This document shows positions 52,927-61,522 of a stretch of DNA of 64,000 nt, piece after piece. The first letter of the stretch is position 1; every line of letters begins with the position of its first letter. This stretch comes from Bacteroidia bacterium (GTDB lineage: Bacteria; Bacteroidota; Bacteroidia; Bacteroidales; CAJPTX01): positions 145,685 to 209,684 of the forward strand of contig PDTX01000003.1 of NCBI GenBank assembly GCA_002749065.1. The letters are read 5' to 3'. The position numbers and the translations under genes are program-made. The notes beneath the pieces were generated by a model. The model ran no database searches. It saw only the letters and a list, made by a program, of their open reading frames with translations, and was not told the origin of the DNA.

Positions 52927-55206
52927 ATGAGAAAACATCTATTCGCTGTGCTGCTGGGTGGCCTGCTGCTTGGTACGGTGCTCCCCCTGGCTGCGCAAAC
53001 GCCGACGAGCCAGATAGTCATTGCCGGTAGGATAAGCGATGAGGCGGGGATGCCCCTGACGGGGGCGGTCGCCACGATTGCTGGCACGGTCTACGGCGCG
53101 GGTACCAACTCCCGGGGGGAGTTTGAGCTTGTCGCCCGGGTAAGGCAGGGGGCGCCGGTGGTCGTGCGCTACTCGCTCATCGGCTACAAGCCGCGGGAGG
53201 TCGCCGTTGACCCGGAGCTGCTGGCCACGCCCGAGCGGACGATACGGGTGGAGGTGCAGCTGGAGGAGGACCTCCTCAGCATAGAGGACGTGGTGGTCAC
53301 CGGCCTGCGGACCGAGCGTCCGATCAAGGAGGTGCCCGTCATCACCACCGTCATCTCGCACAAGGAGATTGAGGCCATCAACCCCAGCGGGCTGACCTCC
53401 CTGCTGGAGTACACCGTGCCGGGCATCCAGTTCTACTACAACAGCATGAGCGGCAACACGGAGGTGAGCTACCAGGGGCTGGACAGCAAGTCGCTGGTCT
53501 TCCTGTTAGACGGCGAGCCCATCGCCGGGGAGGGGGCGGCCAACAACATCGACTTCAGCCGCATCAGCATGAACGACATCGAGAAGGTGGAGGTGGTGCG
53601 CGGGGCGGCCTCGACGCTCTACGACAGCCGGGCCATCGGCGGGGTGATCAACATCATCACCAAGAAGGCGCTGCGCCCGGTGGACATCAACCTGAACGCG
53701 CGCTACCAGGTAGACCGCAGCCAGCAGTACGGCGCCACCATCGGCCTGAAGAAGTGGAACCTCTCCTCCTTCACGACGGCCAGCTACCGCCAGCAGGAGA
53801 CCTTCAAGCTGGAGGCCCCCAAGATCAAGGCCCTGCGCGACAAGGGGCTAAACCCCGAGTTCCAGGGGGAGGTGAGCCCCCGCAAGGTGTTCGAGAACGA
53901 GGTGCCCATCTACGGGTACGAGATCTGGGATGCGTCCCAGCGCCTGACCCTCCCCATCACGCGCTACCTCAAGGGGGAACTGAACGGCGCGTTCTACCGC
54001 AACGCCAAGCCGCTCAACGTGAAGCTGCGGCACAAGGACCGCTTCTACAACTACAGCGGGGGGGCGAAGCTCGCCTACAGCATGCTCGAGCGGCACTCCA
54101 TGGACCTGTCGTACAACTACAATCAGTACGAGAAGTTCTACGACTTCATCGACACCGACGAGAGCAAGCTCACCTACGAGAGCAAGCGGCACACCGCGCG
54201 CCTGAACTACGCGGGGGGCATCGGCCCGGTGCTACTGGGGGTGGGGGGCGAATTCATGCACGAGGACCTCAAGCACCGCTTCTTCGTCAGCCAGCCGGGC
54301 TACAGCCAGCGCAACTACTCCGTCTACGCCCAGGCCGACTGGAGCATCATCAAGGAGAAGCTCAACCTGGTGGGCGGGGCGCGCCTCGACATGGCGAGCG
54401 GCTACAAGCCCCACGCCACGCCCAAGGTGACGCTCATGTACCGCCCGTGGAACTTCCTGAACCTCCGTGCGGGCTACGCCGAGGGCTACCGCGTGCCGAC
54501 CCTGCAGGAGCTGTACATGGAGTTCGATATGGCCAAGCTCTTCAAGATCTTCGGGAACAAGGACCTGCGCCCCGAGACCAGCCGGCAGTACTCCCTCTCG
54601 GCCGAGTACAACCGGAGGGGCTTCAACACCTCCCTCTCGGCCTACTACAACCAGTTCCACGACAAGATTGACTACGCCCTCAAGGAGCCCAACGGGCCAC
54701 AGGGGCAGTATGGCGACCGGGAGTGCCAGAACCTGCCCCAGGTGAACATCTTCGGCTTGGAGGCCATGATGACCTACCGCTTCAGCATCGGCCTGCAGCT
54801 CATGGGCACCTACACCTACACCCGCGACGACAAGAAGACGGACGGCTACAACACCTCCCTCACCCGCCCGCACATGGCCCGGGGCAACATCATGTACAGC
54901 TACCGGTGGAGGTACGTCACGATGCGCAGCGCCCTCAACGGCCAGTGGGGCTCGGGAATAGAGCACAGCTACCACGACAACAACCCGGGCCAGGAGGGCT
55001 GGTACACCACCCACTACGCCTCGCGCTTCATCATGGGGGCCAGCATCGGCGCGGACTTCCCCCGGGGTATCTCCGCGGGCTTCACCGTCGACAACCTCCT
55101 CAACCACAAGGACACCGGCGACGATGTGGGCGTGCAGATCCCGCAGACCGGCGTGCAGTTCATCTTCAACCTGGGCATCAACGTGTCCAACGCCATAGGC
55201 TGGTAG
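52927..55206 (+). CDS. TonB-dependent receptor with CarboxypepD_reg N-terminal domain (HmuR-like position)
   Basis: 759 aa with a signal peptide. It has a GRISDE..G.PL.GA carboxypeptidase-regulatory-like domain, a plug (VVVTGLRTERPIKEVPV), a beta-barrel and a C-terminal aromatic residue (W). Confidence 0.9.
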   Translation: MRKHLFAVLLGGLLLGTVLPLAAQTPTSQIVIAGRISDEAGMPLTGAVATIAGTVYGAGTNSRGEFELVARVRQGAPVVVRYSLIGYKPREVAVDPELLATPERTIRVEVQLEEDLLSIEDVVVTGLRTERPIKEVPVITTVISHKEIEAINPSGLTSLLEYTVPGIQFYYNSMSGNTEVSYQGLDSKSLVFLLDGEPIAGEGAANNIDFSRISMNDIEKVEVVRGAASTLYDSRAIGGVINIITKKALRPVDINLNARYQVDRSQQYGATIGLKKWNLSSFTTASYRQQETFKLEAPKIKALRDKGLNPEFQGEVSPRKVFENEVPIYGYEIWDASQRLTLPITRYLKGELNGAFYRNAKPLNVKLRHKDRFYNYSGGAKLAYSMLERHSMDLSYNYNQYEKFYDFIDTDESKLTYESKRHTARLNYAGGIGPVLLGVGGEFMHEDLKHRFFVSQPGYSQRNYSVYAQADWSIIKEKLNLVGGARLDMASGYKPHATPKVTLMYRPWNFLNLRAGYAEGYRVPTLQELYMEFDMAKLFKIFGNKDLRPETSRQYSLSAEYNRRGFNTSLSAYYNQFHDKIDYALKEPNGPQGQYGDRECQNLPQVNIFGLEAMMTYRFSIGLQLMGTYTYTRDDKKTDGYNTSLTRPHMARGNIMYSYRWRYVTMRSALNGQWGSGIEHSYHDNNPGQEGWYTTHYASRFIMGASIGADFPRGISAGFTVDNLLNHKDTGDDVGVQIPQTGVQFIFNLGINVSNAIGW

Positions 55207-55233
55207 CCAGGGCCTAGCCCGGCTCAGGATTGG

Positions 55234-55267
55234 GGATGCGCGTCGGCTCGGCGCGCATCCTTTTTTT
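55234..55267 (+). terminator. rho-independent terminator after the TonB-dependent receptor
   Basis: GGATGCGCG / CGCGCATCC stem, 9-nt loop, then T7. Confidence 0.85.
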
Positions 55268-55321
55268 GCCCCGAATTGGCGGATGGGAAATGCTAGGCCG
55301 CCACTCTAGGCGGAAAATATC

Positions 55322-55329
55322 TACCTTTA
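55322..55329 (+). promoter_or_regulatory. -7 promoter-like box (TACCTTTA) for the OmpA-family gene
   Basis: One mismatch to consensus, 62 nt upstream of the ATG at 55391. Confidence 0.35.
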
Positions 55330-55390
55330 GGGCCGATTACCGGCACTGGGCGGGCCGCCGCTGGTGCTGCGAACCAATAGCAAATCGGCC

Positions 55391-57340
55391 ATGAGACCCT
55401 ACGCCAGACTCCTGATAGCCACGAGCATGCTCCTCCCCCTGCTCGTGGAGGCCACGCTGGCCAAACCCTGGTCCTCCTACTCCATAGACAACCGGCGGGC
55501 CATCGAGCGCTACGACGAGGCCGTGCAGGACATCAACCTGGGCAAGGCGGCCGAGGCCCTCAACAAGCTCGACAAGCTGGCCGCAAAGTACGAGGACTTC
55601 GTGGAGCCACACCTGGCCATGGCCTACCAGTACGAGCTGCTGGGCGACTACCGGCGGGCCTACAGCGCGAACCTCAGGGCCATCGCGATAGACTCCAGCT
55701 TCTACCCCACCGCCTACTACGACGCGGGCCGCATGGCCTTCCTCTCGCAGCAGTTCGACGAGGGCGAGCGCCTTATCCAGCATTTCCTCCAGCGGGCCGA
55801 AGGGGTGAAGCCCGCCATGCGCCGCTTCGCCCAGCTCTTCCTGGCCAAGTGCCGCTTCGCCCGCCACGCCTACCGCCATCCGCACGACATCCGCCCCACC
55901 CCGCTCCCCCCGGAGGTGAACACCCGCCTGGACGAGTACTTCCCCTCCCTGAGCGCCGACAGCCGCACCCTCTGCTTCACCCGCCTGCTCCCCAAGGAGG
56001 GCACCAGCGGGCAGGGGCGGCAAAACATGCAGGAGGACCTCTTCCTGGCCCGCCGCGGCGAGGCGAAGGAGGCGTGGAGAGCCGCCCGCAACATCGGCCC
56101 GCCGGTCTCCACCCCCGAGAACGAGGGCTCGCAGGCCCTGGCCGCCGACGGCAACGAGATGTACATCAGCAAGTGCTACGGGCCGTGCCAGATATTCTAC
56201 GCCCGCCGCGACGCCAAGGGCCGCTGGACCACACCGAAGGCCCTGCCCGCGCCCATCAACCAGCGCGGCGTCAGCTCCAAGCAGCCCTCCATCTCCCCCG
56301 ACGGTCGCAGCCTCTACTTCGCCTCCAAGCGGAAGGGAGGGCTCGGGGGATACGACATATGGGTGGCCCACCGGAACGCTGATGGCCAGTGGCTTAGCGT
56401 GGTCAACCTCGGGCCCGACATCAACACCTTCCTGGACGAGCAGTCGCCCTTCATCCACTTCGACAACCAGACCCTCTACTTCGCCTCCGAGGGGCACCCC
56501 GGCCTCGGCAACCTGGACCTCTACCTGAGCCGCAGGATGAGCGACACCGCCTGGACACCGCCCCGCAACCTCGGCTACCCCATCAACTCCCCCGAGGCCG
56601 ACCTGGGCCTCATCGTCTCCGCCACCGGCGACACGGCCTACTACAGCTCCGACCGCAACCCCCGCCAGGGGCTGGACATATACCAGTTCCCCATGCCCGA
56701 CTCGCTGCGCCCACACTCCAGCTCCTACCTCCGCGGCACGGTCGTCGAGGCCAAAACGCACAGGCCACTCCCGGCGACCGTGCAGCTCATCGACCTCAAG
56801 CGGCGCGAGATAGTCATGAGCCTACGGACCGACCCCCAGGGGCGCTTCCTGGTCCTCCTCCCCCGCGGCCGACGCTACGGCCTCTTCGCCCAGTCGGCCG
56901 GCTACCTCGACAACTCCATGCACTTCGACTTCAAGGGGATACACACCGACCTCAAGCCCCTGAGCAAGACCATCGAGCTGATGCCCCAGGCCCAGGGCGC
57001 AACGGTGACCCTCGAGAACGTATTCTTCGACACGGACTCCGACCGGCTGCGCGACGAATCGTACGTGGAGCTCGACCACTGGGTGGCCCTCCTGAAGGTA
57101 AAGCCCACCCTGCGCCTCGAGTTCGCCGGCCACACGGACAACACCGGCAGCCCCGCCCACAACAAGGACCTCTCGCGGCGCCGCGCCCAGAGCGTACGTA
57201 GCTACATGGTATCCAAGGGCATAGCCAAAAGCCGCATGGAGGTGGTGGGGCACGGCGCGGGCAAGCCCGTAGCCACCAACGACACCGAGGAGGGGCGCGC
57301 CAAGAACCGCCGCACCGAGTGCAGGATACTCGGCCTATAG
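55391..57340 (+). CDS. OmpA-family protein with TPR and PD40/WD40-like beta-propeller repeats
   Basis: 649 aa from the ATG at 55391 (the track start is a GTG). It has a signal peptide and repeated S.DG..LYF.S motifs. The C-terminal OmpA domain reads FDTDSDRL...GHTDNTGS...N..LS.RRA..V..Y...G...R....G.G...P...N.T..GRA.NRR.E. Confidence 0.85.
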   Translation: MRPYARLLIATSMLLPLLVEATLAKPWSSYSIDNRRAIERYDEAVQDINLGKAAEALNKLDKLAAKYEDFVEPHLAMAYQYELLGDYRRAYSANLRAIAIDSSFYPTAYYDAGRMAFLSQQFDEGERLIQHFLQRAEGVKPAMRRFAQLFLAKCRFARHAYRHPHDIRPTPLPPEVNTRLDEYFPSLSADSRTLCFTRLLPKEGTSGQGRQNMQEDLFLARRGEAKEAWRAARNIGPPVSTPENEGSQALAADGNEMYISKCYGPCQIFYARRDAKGRWTTPKALPAPINQRGVSSKQPSISPDGRSLYFASKRKGGLGGYDIWVAHRNADGQWLSVVNLGPDINTFLDEQSPFIHFDNQTLYFASEGHPGLGNLDLYLSRRMSDTAWTPPRNLGYPINSPEADLGLIVSATGDTAYYSSDRNPRQGLDIYQFPMPDSLRPHSSSYLRGTVVEAKTHRPLPATVQLIDLKRREIVMSLRTDPQGRFLVLLPRGRRYGLFAQSAGYLDNSMHFDFKGIHTDLKPLSKTIELMPQAQGATVTLENVFFDTDSDRLRDESYVELDHWVALLKVKPTLRLEFAGHTDNTGSPAHNKDLSRRRAQSVRSYMVSKGIAKSRMEVVGHGAGKPVATNDTEEGRAKNRRTECRILGL

Positions 57341-57359
57341 AGCTGGTAAGCAGGGTAAT

Positions 57360-58361
57360 ATGAATAGGCCAAACGGAGAGCAGCAGGACGCGAAAACCTA
57401 CCCCTGGGGCGACCAGCGGCCCATCTACACCTACACGCAGTACATACGTCGCCTCTTCGGCGCGCGGGTCCAGAAGCTCACCATCGACGCGGGTTTCAGC
57501 TGCCCCCATCGGGGCGACCGCCTCGACCAGCTGGGCTGCACCTACTGCCGCAACGAGGCCTTCAACCCCTCCTACTGCACACCCCGCAAGAGCGTTGCCC
57601 AGCAGCTGCGGGAGGGGATGGAGTTCCACGCGCGTCGCTACCGCCGGGCCAGCCGCTACCTGGCCTACTTCCAGGCCTACACCAATACGCTCGCCCCCCT
57701 GGCCGAGCTGCGGGAGCTCTACGGGCAGGCGCTGCACGATGAGCGGGTCCTGGGCCTGGTAATCGGCACGCGCCCCGACTGCCTCCCGGACGACATCATC
57801 GGCTACCTCGCCGACATCGCCCGAACCCACCACGTATTCGTGGAGCTGGGCGCGGAGAGCATGCACGACAGCACCCTGCTGCGCGTAAACCGGGGGCATG
57901 ATGCGCGGACCACCCGCCAAGCCGTTGAGAACCTGCACGCAGCGGGCCTACGCGTCGGGCTGCACCTCATCTTCGGCCTACCCGGCGAGGACGAGGCCAT
58001 GATGCTCCAATCGCTCCGCCAGGCCTGCGCCCTCCCCATCGCCAGCCTGAAGTTTCACCAGCTGCAGATCCTCGAGGGAACGGCCATGGCCAAGGACTAC
58101 GAGCTACACCCCGCGGACTACCCCCTCTTCACCCTGGAGGGCTACCTGAACTTCCTGACCCGGGCCGTCCCCCACGTCCCGCCCACCGTGGCCATAGAGC
58201 GCATCTGCGCCGAGGCACCACCCCGATACCTTATCGCCCCGCTGTGGGAACGCCTACGCAACGACCAAATACTGAGGCGCTTCGAGGCGCTCCTTCAGGA
58301 GCAGGGATTTTATCAGGGCTGCGCACGCTCGGAGGCGGATGCGACGGGGAGCCGGGGGTGA
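57360..58361 (+). CDS. TIGR01212-family radical SAM protein
   Basis: 333 aa. CPHRGD......GCTYC cluster motif and a family-typical length. Confidence 0.85.
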   Translation: MNRPNGEQQDAKTYPWGDQRPIYTYTQYIRRLFGARVQKLTIDAGFSCPHRGDRLDQLGCTYCRNEAFNPSYCTPRKSVAQQLREGMEFHARRYRRASRYLAYFQAYTNTLAPLAELRELYGQALHDERVLGLVIGTRPDCLPDDIIGYLADIARTHHVFVELGAESMHDSTLLRVNRGHDARTTRQAVENLHAAGLRVGLHLIFGLPGEDEAMMLQSLRQACALPIASLKFHQLQILEGTAMAKDYELHPADYPLFTLEGYLNFLTRAVPHVPPTVAIERICAEAPPRYLIAPLWERLRNDQILRRFEALLQEQGFYQGCARSEADATGSRG

Positions 58362-58410
58362 AAAGTGGCTGTTCATCACCGGTATCTATTGCCAGGTCAA
58401 AGGAATGTTG

Positions 58411-58418
58411 TAATTTTG
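58411..58418 (+). promoter_or_regulatory. -7 promoter box TAATTTTG
   Basis: Perfect box 41 nt upstream of a 20-codon hydrophobic mini-ORF and 114 nt upstream of the DUF2520 gene. Confidence 0.4.
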
Positions 58419-58531
58419 TCTTCGCAAGAGTGAGCAAACCATTAACATATATAGACATATGAGCCGTTTGGGGTACTTCATGATTTGGGCCGTTTCCATC
58501 GTAACGATGCTCGCCGTATAGCAGGTAAAGC

Positions 58532-59326
58532 ATGGGGAACTCCCTAGGGCCCGTGGCGCTGGTGGGGGCCGGAGGTGTGGCCAGCGCGCTGGGCGAGGCA
58601 TTCGCCCAGGCGGGGATTGGCATAGCGTCCGTTTATAGCCGGACGCGGGAGCATGCCGAGCTGCTGGCGGGGCGTTTTGGCGCGGAGGCATTCTGGGGGA
58701 ATGGCTTCGGGGTGAACCAGCCAGCGGCCCTCACCGTAGTGGCCAGCACCGACACCGCCATCGTCGACCTACTGGGGCGCGTGGCCGAGGGGGGCATCGT
58801 GGTGCACACCAGCGGGAGCACGTCCCTACCCACCCTGCCCGCGGTGCCGACCGGGGTCTTCTACCCCCTGCAGACCTTCACCCTGGGGCGGCGCATCAGC
58901 CTCGAGGGCGTGCCCATATTCATCGAGGGGAGCACGCGGAAGGTCGAACAGATCCTCTCGGACTACGCCAGGGCCATAGGGGCCAGGCCCATCCCGGCCA
59001 GCAGCAGCAAGCGTCGCCACCTGCACCTCATGGGCGTGGTGGGCTGCAACTTCGTCAACGCCCTGCTCGGCGCCTGCGAGCAGATAGCCCAGTGCGGCGA
59101 GCTTGACCCCCACGTCATCACCCCCCTCCTGCACGAGACCATACAGAAATGGCTGGATATCGGCGCGCACGCCGCCCAGACCGGGCCCGCCAAGCGGCGC
59201 GATGAGTTCACCCTCATGCGGCACAGGGTCCTCCTCTCGGAGGAGCTGCCCGACCTAATCCCCCTCTACGAAACCCTCAGCGAGCTCATCGTCAGGGCCC
59301 ATGCCGAAGCCCGCGACGAGGCCTGA
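58532..59326 (+). CDS. Rossmann-fold NAD(P)-binding protein with DUF2520 C-terminal domain
   Basis: 264 aa. GxGxxA dinucleotide fold (LVGAGGVASALGEAF) and the C-terminal pattern GPAKRRD. Confidence 0.75.
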   Translation: MGNSLGPVALVGAGGVASALGEAFAQAGIGIASVYSRTREHAELLAGRFGAEAFWGNGFGVNQPAALTVVASTDTAIVDLLGRVAEGGIVVHTSGSTSLPTLPAVPTGVFYPLQTFTLGRRISLEGVPIFIEGSTRKVEQILSDYARAIGARPIPASSSKRRHLHLMGVVGCNFVNALLGACEQIAQCGELDPHVITPLLHETIQKWLDIGAHAAQTGPAKRRDEFTLMRHRVLLSEELPDLIPLYETLSELIVRAHAEARDEA

Positions 59327-59378
59327 GGGAAGGGGGCAAGAGCCATATGGACCAAGGTAAAGCACTGAGCATGAAGCT

Positions 59379-59906
59379 ATGATGGTAAGGAATTTCAAGG
59401 AGCGGCTCAGGGAGGTGAAGGCCTTCGCATTCGATGTCGACGGGGTGTGCACCAACAACCAGGTGATAATGACCGAGGAGGGGCACATGCTCCGCAAGGT
59501 CAACACCCGCGATGGGCTGGCCATGAGCCTGGCCGTGCAGGCTGGCTACCCGATGGCCATCATCACCGGGGGCAGCTCCCAGGGCGTCGCCGAGCGCTTC
59601 CGCCGCCTGGGGGTGAGCGACATATACCTCGGCACGCTCCGCAAGCTCGAGGCGCTCGAGGAGTTCTGCATGGTGCATGAGCTCCAGCCCGCGGACGTGC
59701 TCTACATGGGCGACGACATGCCCGACCTCCCGGTGCTCCAGGCCGTGGGCTTCCCGACCTGCCCGGCCGATGCCGCGCCCGAGATCAAAGAGGCCTGCAT
59801 CTACACCTCCCCCATCCGCGGGGGCCACGGCTGCGTGCGCGACGTGGTGGAGCAGGTGCTCAAGGTCGCCGGGCGGTGGGAGAGCCAGGATTTTATGAAC
59901 CAGTAA
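59379..59906 (+). CDS. kdsC: 3-deoxy-D-manno-octulosonate 8-phosphate phosphatase (HAD-IIIA, YrbI family)
   Basis: 175 aa. FAFDVDGVCT (DxD), RDG and YMGDDMPDLPV. Confidence 0.85.
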   Translation: MMVRNFKERLREVKAFAFDVDGVCTNNQVIMTEEGHMLRKVNTRDGLAMSLAVQAGYPMAIITGGSSQGVAERFRRLGVSDIYLGTLRKLEALEEFCMVHELQPADVLYMGDDMPDLPVLQAVGFPTCPADAAPEIKEACIYTSPIRGGHGCVRDVVEQVLKVAGRWESQDFMNQ

Positions 59907-59928
59907 CCCAACCAGCGAAGCTACTCCG

Positions 59929-60897
59929 ATGCGACTGCGCGCCATAGTCCACATGCTCCGCCCGGGCTACCTCCTCCCAATCCTGGCCATCTTCACGGCC
60001 GTACGGATGGGCATCGTCTACCCCGTTTTCCGCGCGGCGGAGCTGCCCGACCCCCTGACCTGGCCCATGTGGACCTGCCTCCTGCTGGCCTGCCTCCTGG
60101 TGGCGGCTGGCAGCAGCGTCATCAACGACTACTTCGACCAGCAGGAGGACCGGACGGTGCGCCCCGAAGTCGTGGCCGTGGGCCGGTACCTCTCGCGGCG
60201 GCAGGCCATACGCCTCCACAGCATCCTGAGCTTCCTGGCCATCCTCCTGGCCGTGTACCCCTCGCTGGCCGTCGGGCGCATCGCCTACGTGCTCTTCTTC
60301 CCCGTGTCGGCCGGGCTCTTCTGGTTCTACTCCACCCTCTACAAGGACCAGTTCCTGGTGGGCAACCTCCAGCTCGCCTTCATGGCCTTCGCCCTCCCCT
60401 TCGTGATGGTGGCCTACCAGGTGCAGGCCGTTGAGGTCTTCCTCTGGCGGGAGGTCGCCTTCCACCAGCTCTCCATCGAGGGCATGTGGAGCTCCACCCT
60501 GGCCTACGGCGTGGCCCTGGGCCTACTGGTGCTCAGCCTGACGCTGGTGCGCAACTGCCGCCACTTCGCCAGCGGGGCCGACCTCGGGGCGGAGACCCTC
60601 CCGGTGCGCATGGGCATGCGCAGCGCGAAGCTCACCATCGCCATCGGGCTCTTCGTCCTGATGCTCGCCTTCCTCCTGGCTGGCGCGTGGGTGTCCATCG
60701 CCCACCCCGTCACCGCCTGGCGATGGGCCCCCCTGGCCTACAGCGGCGGCGCGGTGTGCCTCCCCCTGCTCATCGCCTGCTTCAACCTGCTGGTCTCGGA
60801 GAAGGCCAAGCAGTTCCGTATCAGCGAGATATTCATCCTCACGGGGACGTGGGCCCTCATCCTCTACCCCCTGGCCCAGGTCTTCCTACTCTCCTAG
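59929..60897 (+). CDS. UbiA-family prenyltransferase
   Basis: 322 aa with about 8-9 TM helices and the first Asp-rich motif NDYFDQQEDR. Confidence 0.8.
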   Translation: MRLRAIVHMLRPGYLLPILAIFTAVRMGIVYPVFRAAELPDPLTWPMWTCLLLACLLVAAGSSVINDYFDQQEDRTVRPEVVAVGRYLSRRQAIRLHSILSFLAILLAVYPSLAVGRIAYVLFFPVSAGLFWFYSTLYKDQFLVGNLQLAFMAFALPFVMVAYQVQAVEVFLWREVAFHQLSIEGMWSSTLAYGVALGLLVLSLTLVRNCRHFASGADLGAETLPVRMGMRSAKLTIAIGLFVLMLAFLLAGAWVSIAHPVTAWRWAPLAYSGGAVCLPLLIACFNLLVSEKAKQFRISEIFILTGTWALILYPLAQVFLLS

Positions 60898-60900
60898 CCC

Positions 60901-61506
60901 ATGGCCTTCGACTACGCCGGCGTACCCACCATCCTCCTCGGCTCGCAATCGCCCCGCCGCCTCGCCCTGCTCGAGGGCATGGGGCTGAGGTGCGAGGTCC
61001 TTCGGGGCGACTTCGACGAGCGGGCGGCCAGCGACTCGCATCCCACCGGGGGCATGCACCTGGCGGAGTTCCTCGCCCTGGGCAAGCTCCGGGCCATAGC
61101 CCTCCGGGCCGGTTGCCGGGCGGGCGGGGGCATCCTCCTGACGGCCGACACGGTCGTCATGCTCGACGGTGAGAGGCTCGATAAGCCCCAGGATGAGGCG
61201 CAGGCCCTCGAGCGGCTCATGCGGCTGTCGGGCCGGGAGCACGAGGTCGTCACGGGGCTGGCCCTCAGCTACAGGGGGCGAATCACCAGCCTCAGCGAGA
61301 CCACCCACGTGCAGTTCGCCCCCTTCGACGAGCGCTACGCCCGCGCCTACATCGCCAGCGGCAGCCCCTACGACAAGGCCGGGGGCTACGGCATACAGGA
61401 CTGGTTCGGCCTCGGGGCCGTCGTCGCCATCAGGGGCTCCTACACCAACGTCATGGGCCTGCCCACCCACAGGGTGCACCACTACCTCATGGCCAACTTC
61501 ACCTAG
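60901..61506 (+). CDS. maf: Maf-family nucleoside triphosphate pyrophosphatase
   Basis: 201 aa. LGSQSPRR, ADTVV and DKAGGYGIQ. Confidence 0.9.
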   Translation: MAFDYAGVPTILLGSQSPRRLALLEGMGLRCEVLRGDFDERAASDSHPTGGMHLAEFLALGKLRAIALRAGCRAGGGILLTADTVVMLDGERLDKPQDEAQALERLMRLSGREHEVVTGLALSYRGRITSLSETTHVQFAPFDERYARAYIASGSPYDKAGGYGIQDWFGLGAVVAIRGSYTNVMGLPTHRVHHYLMANFT

Positions 61507-61522
61507 CGGAACCCCCCGAGCC

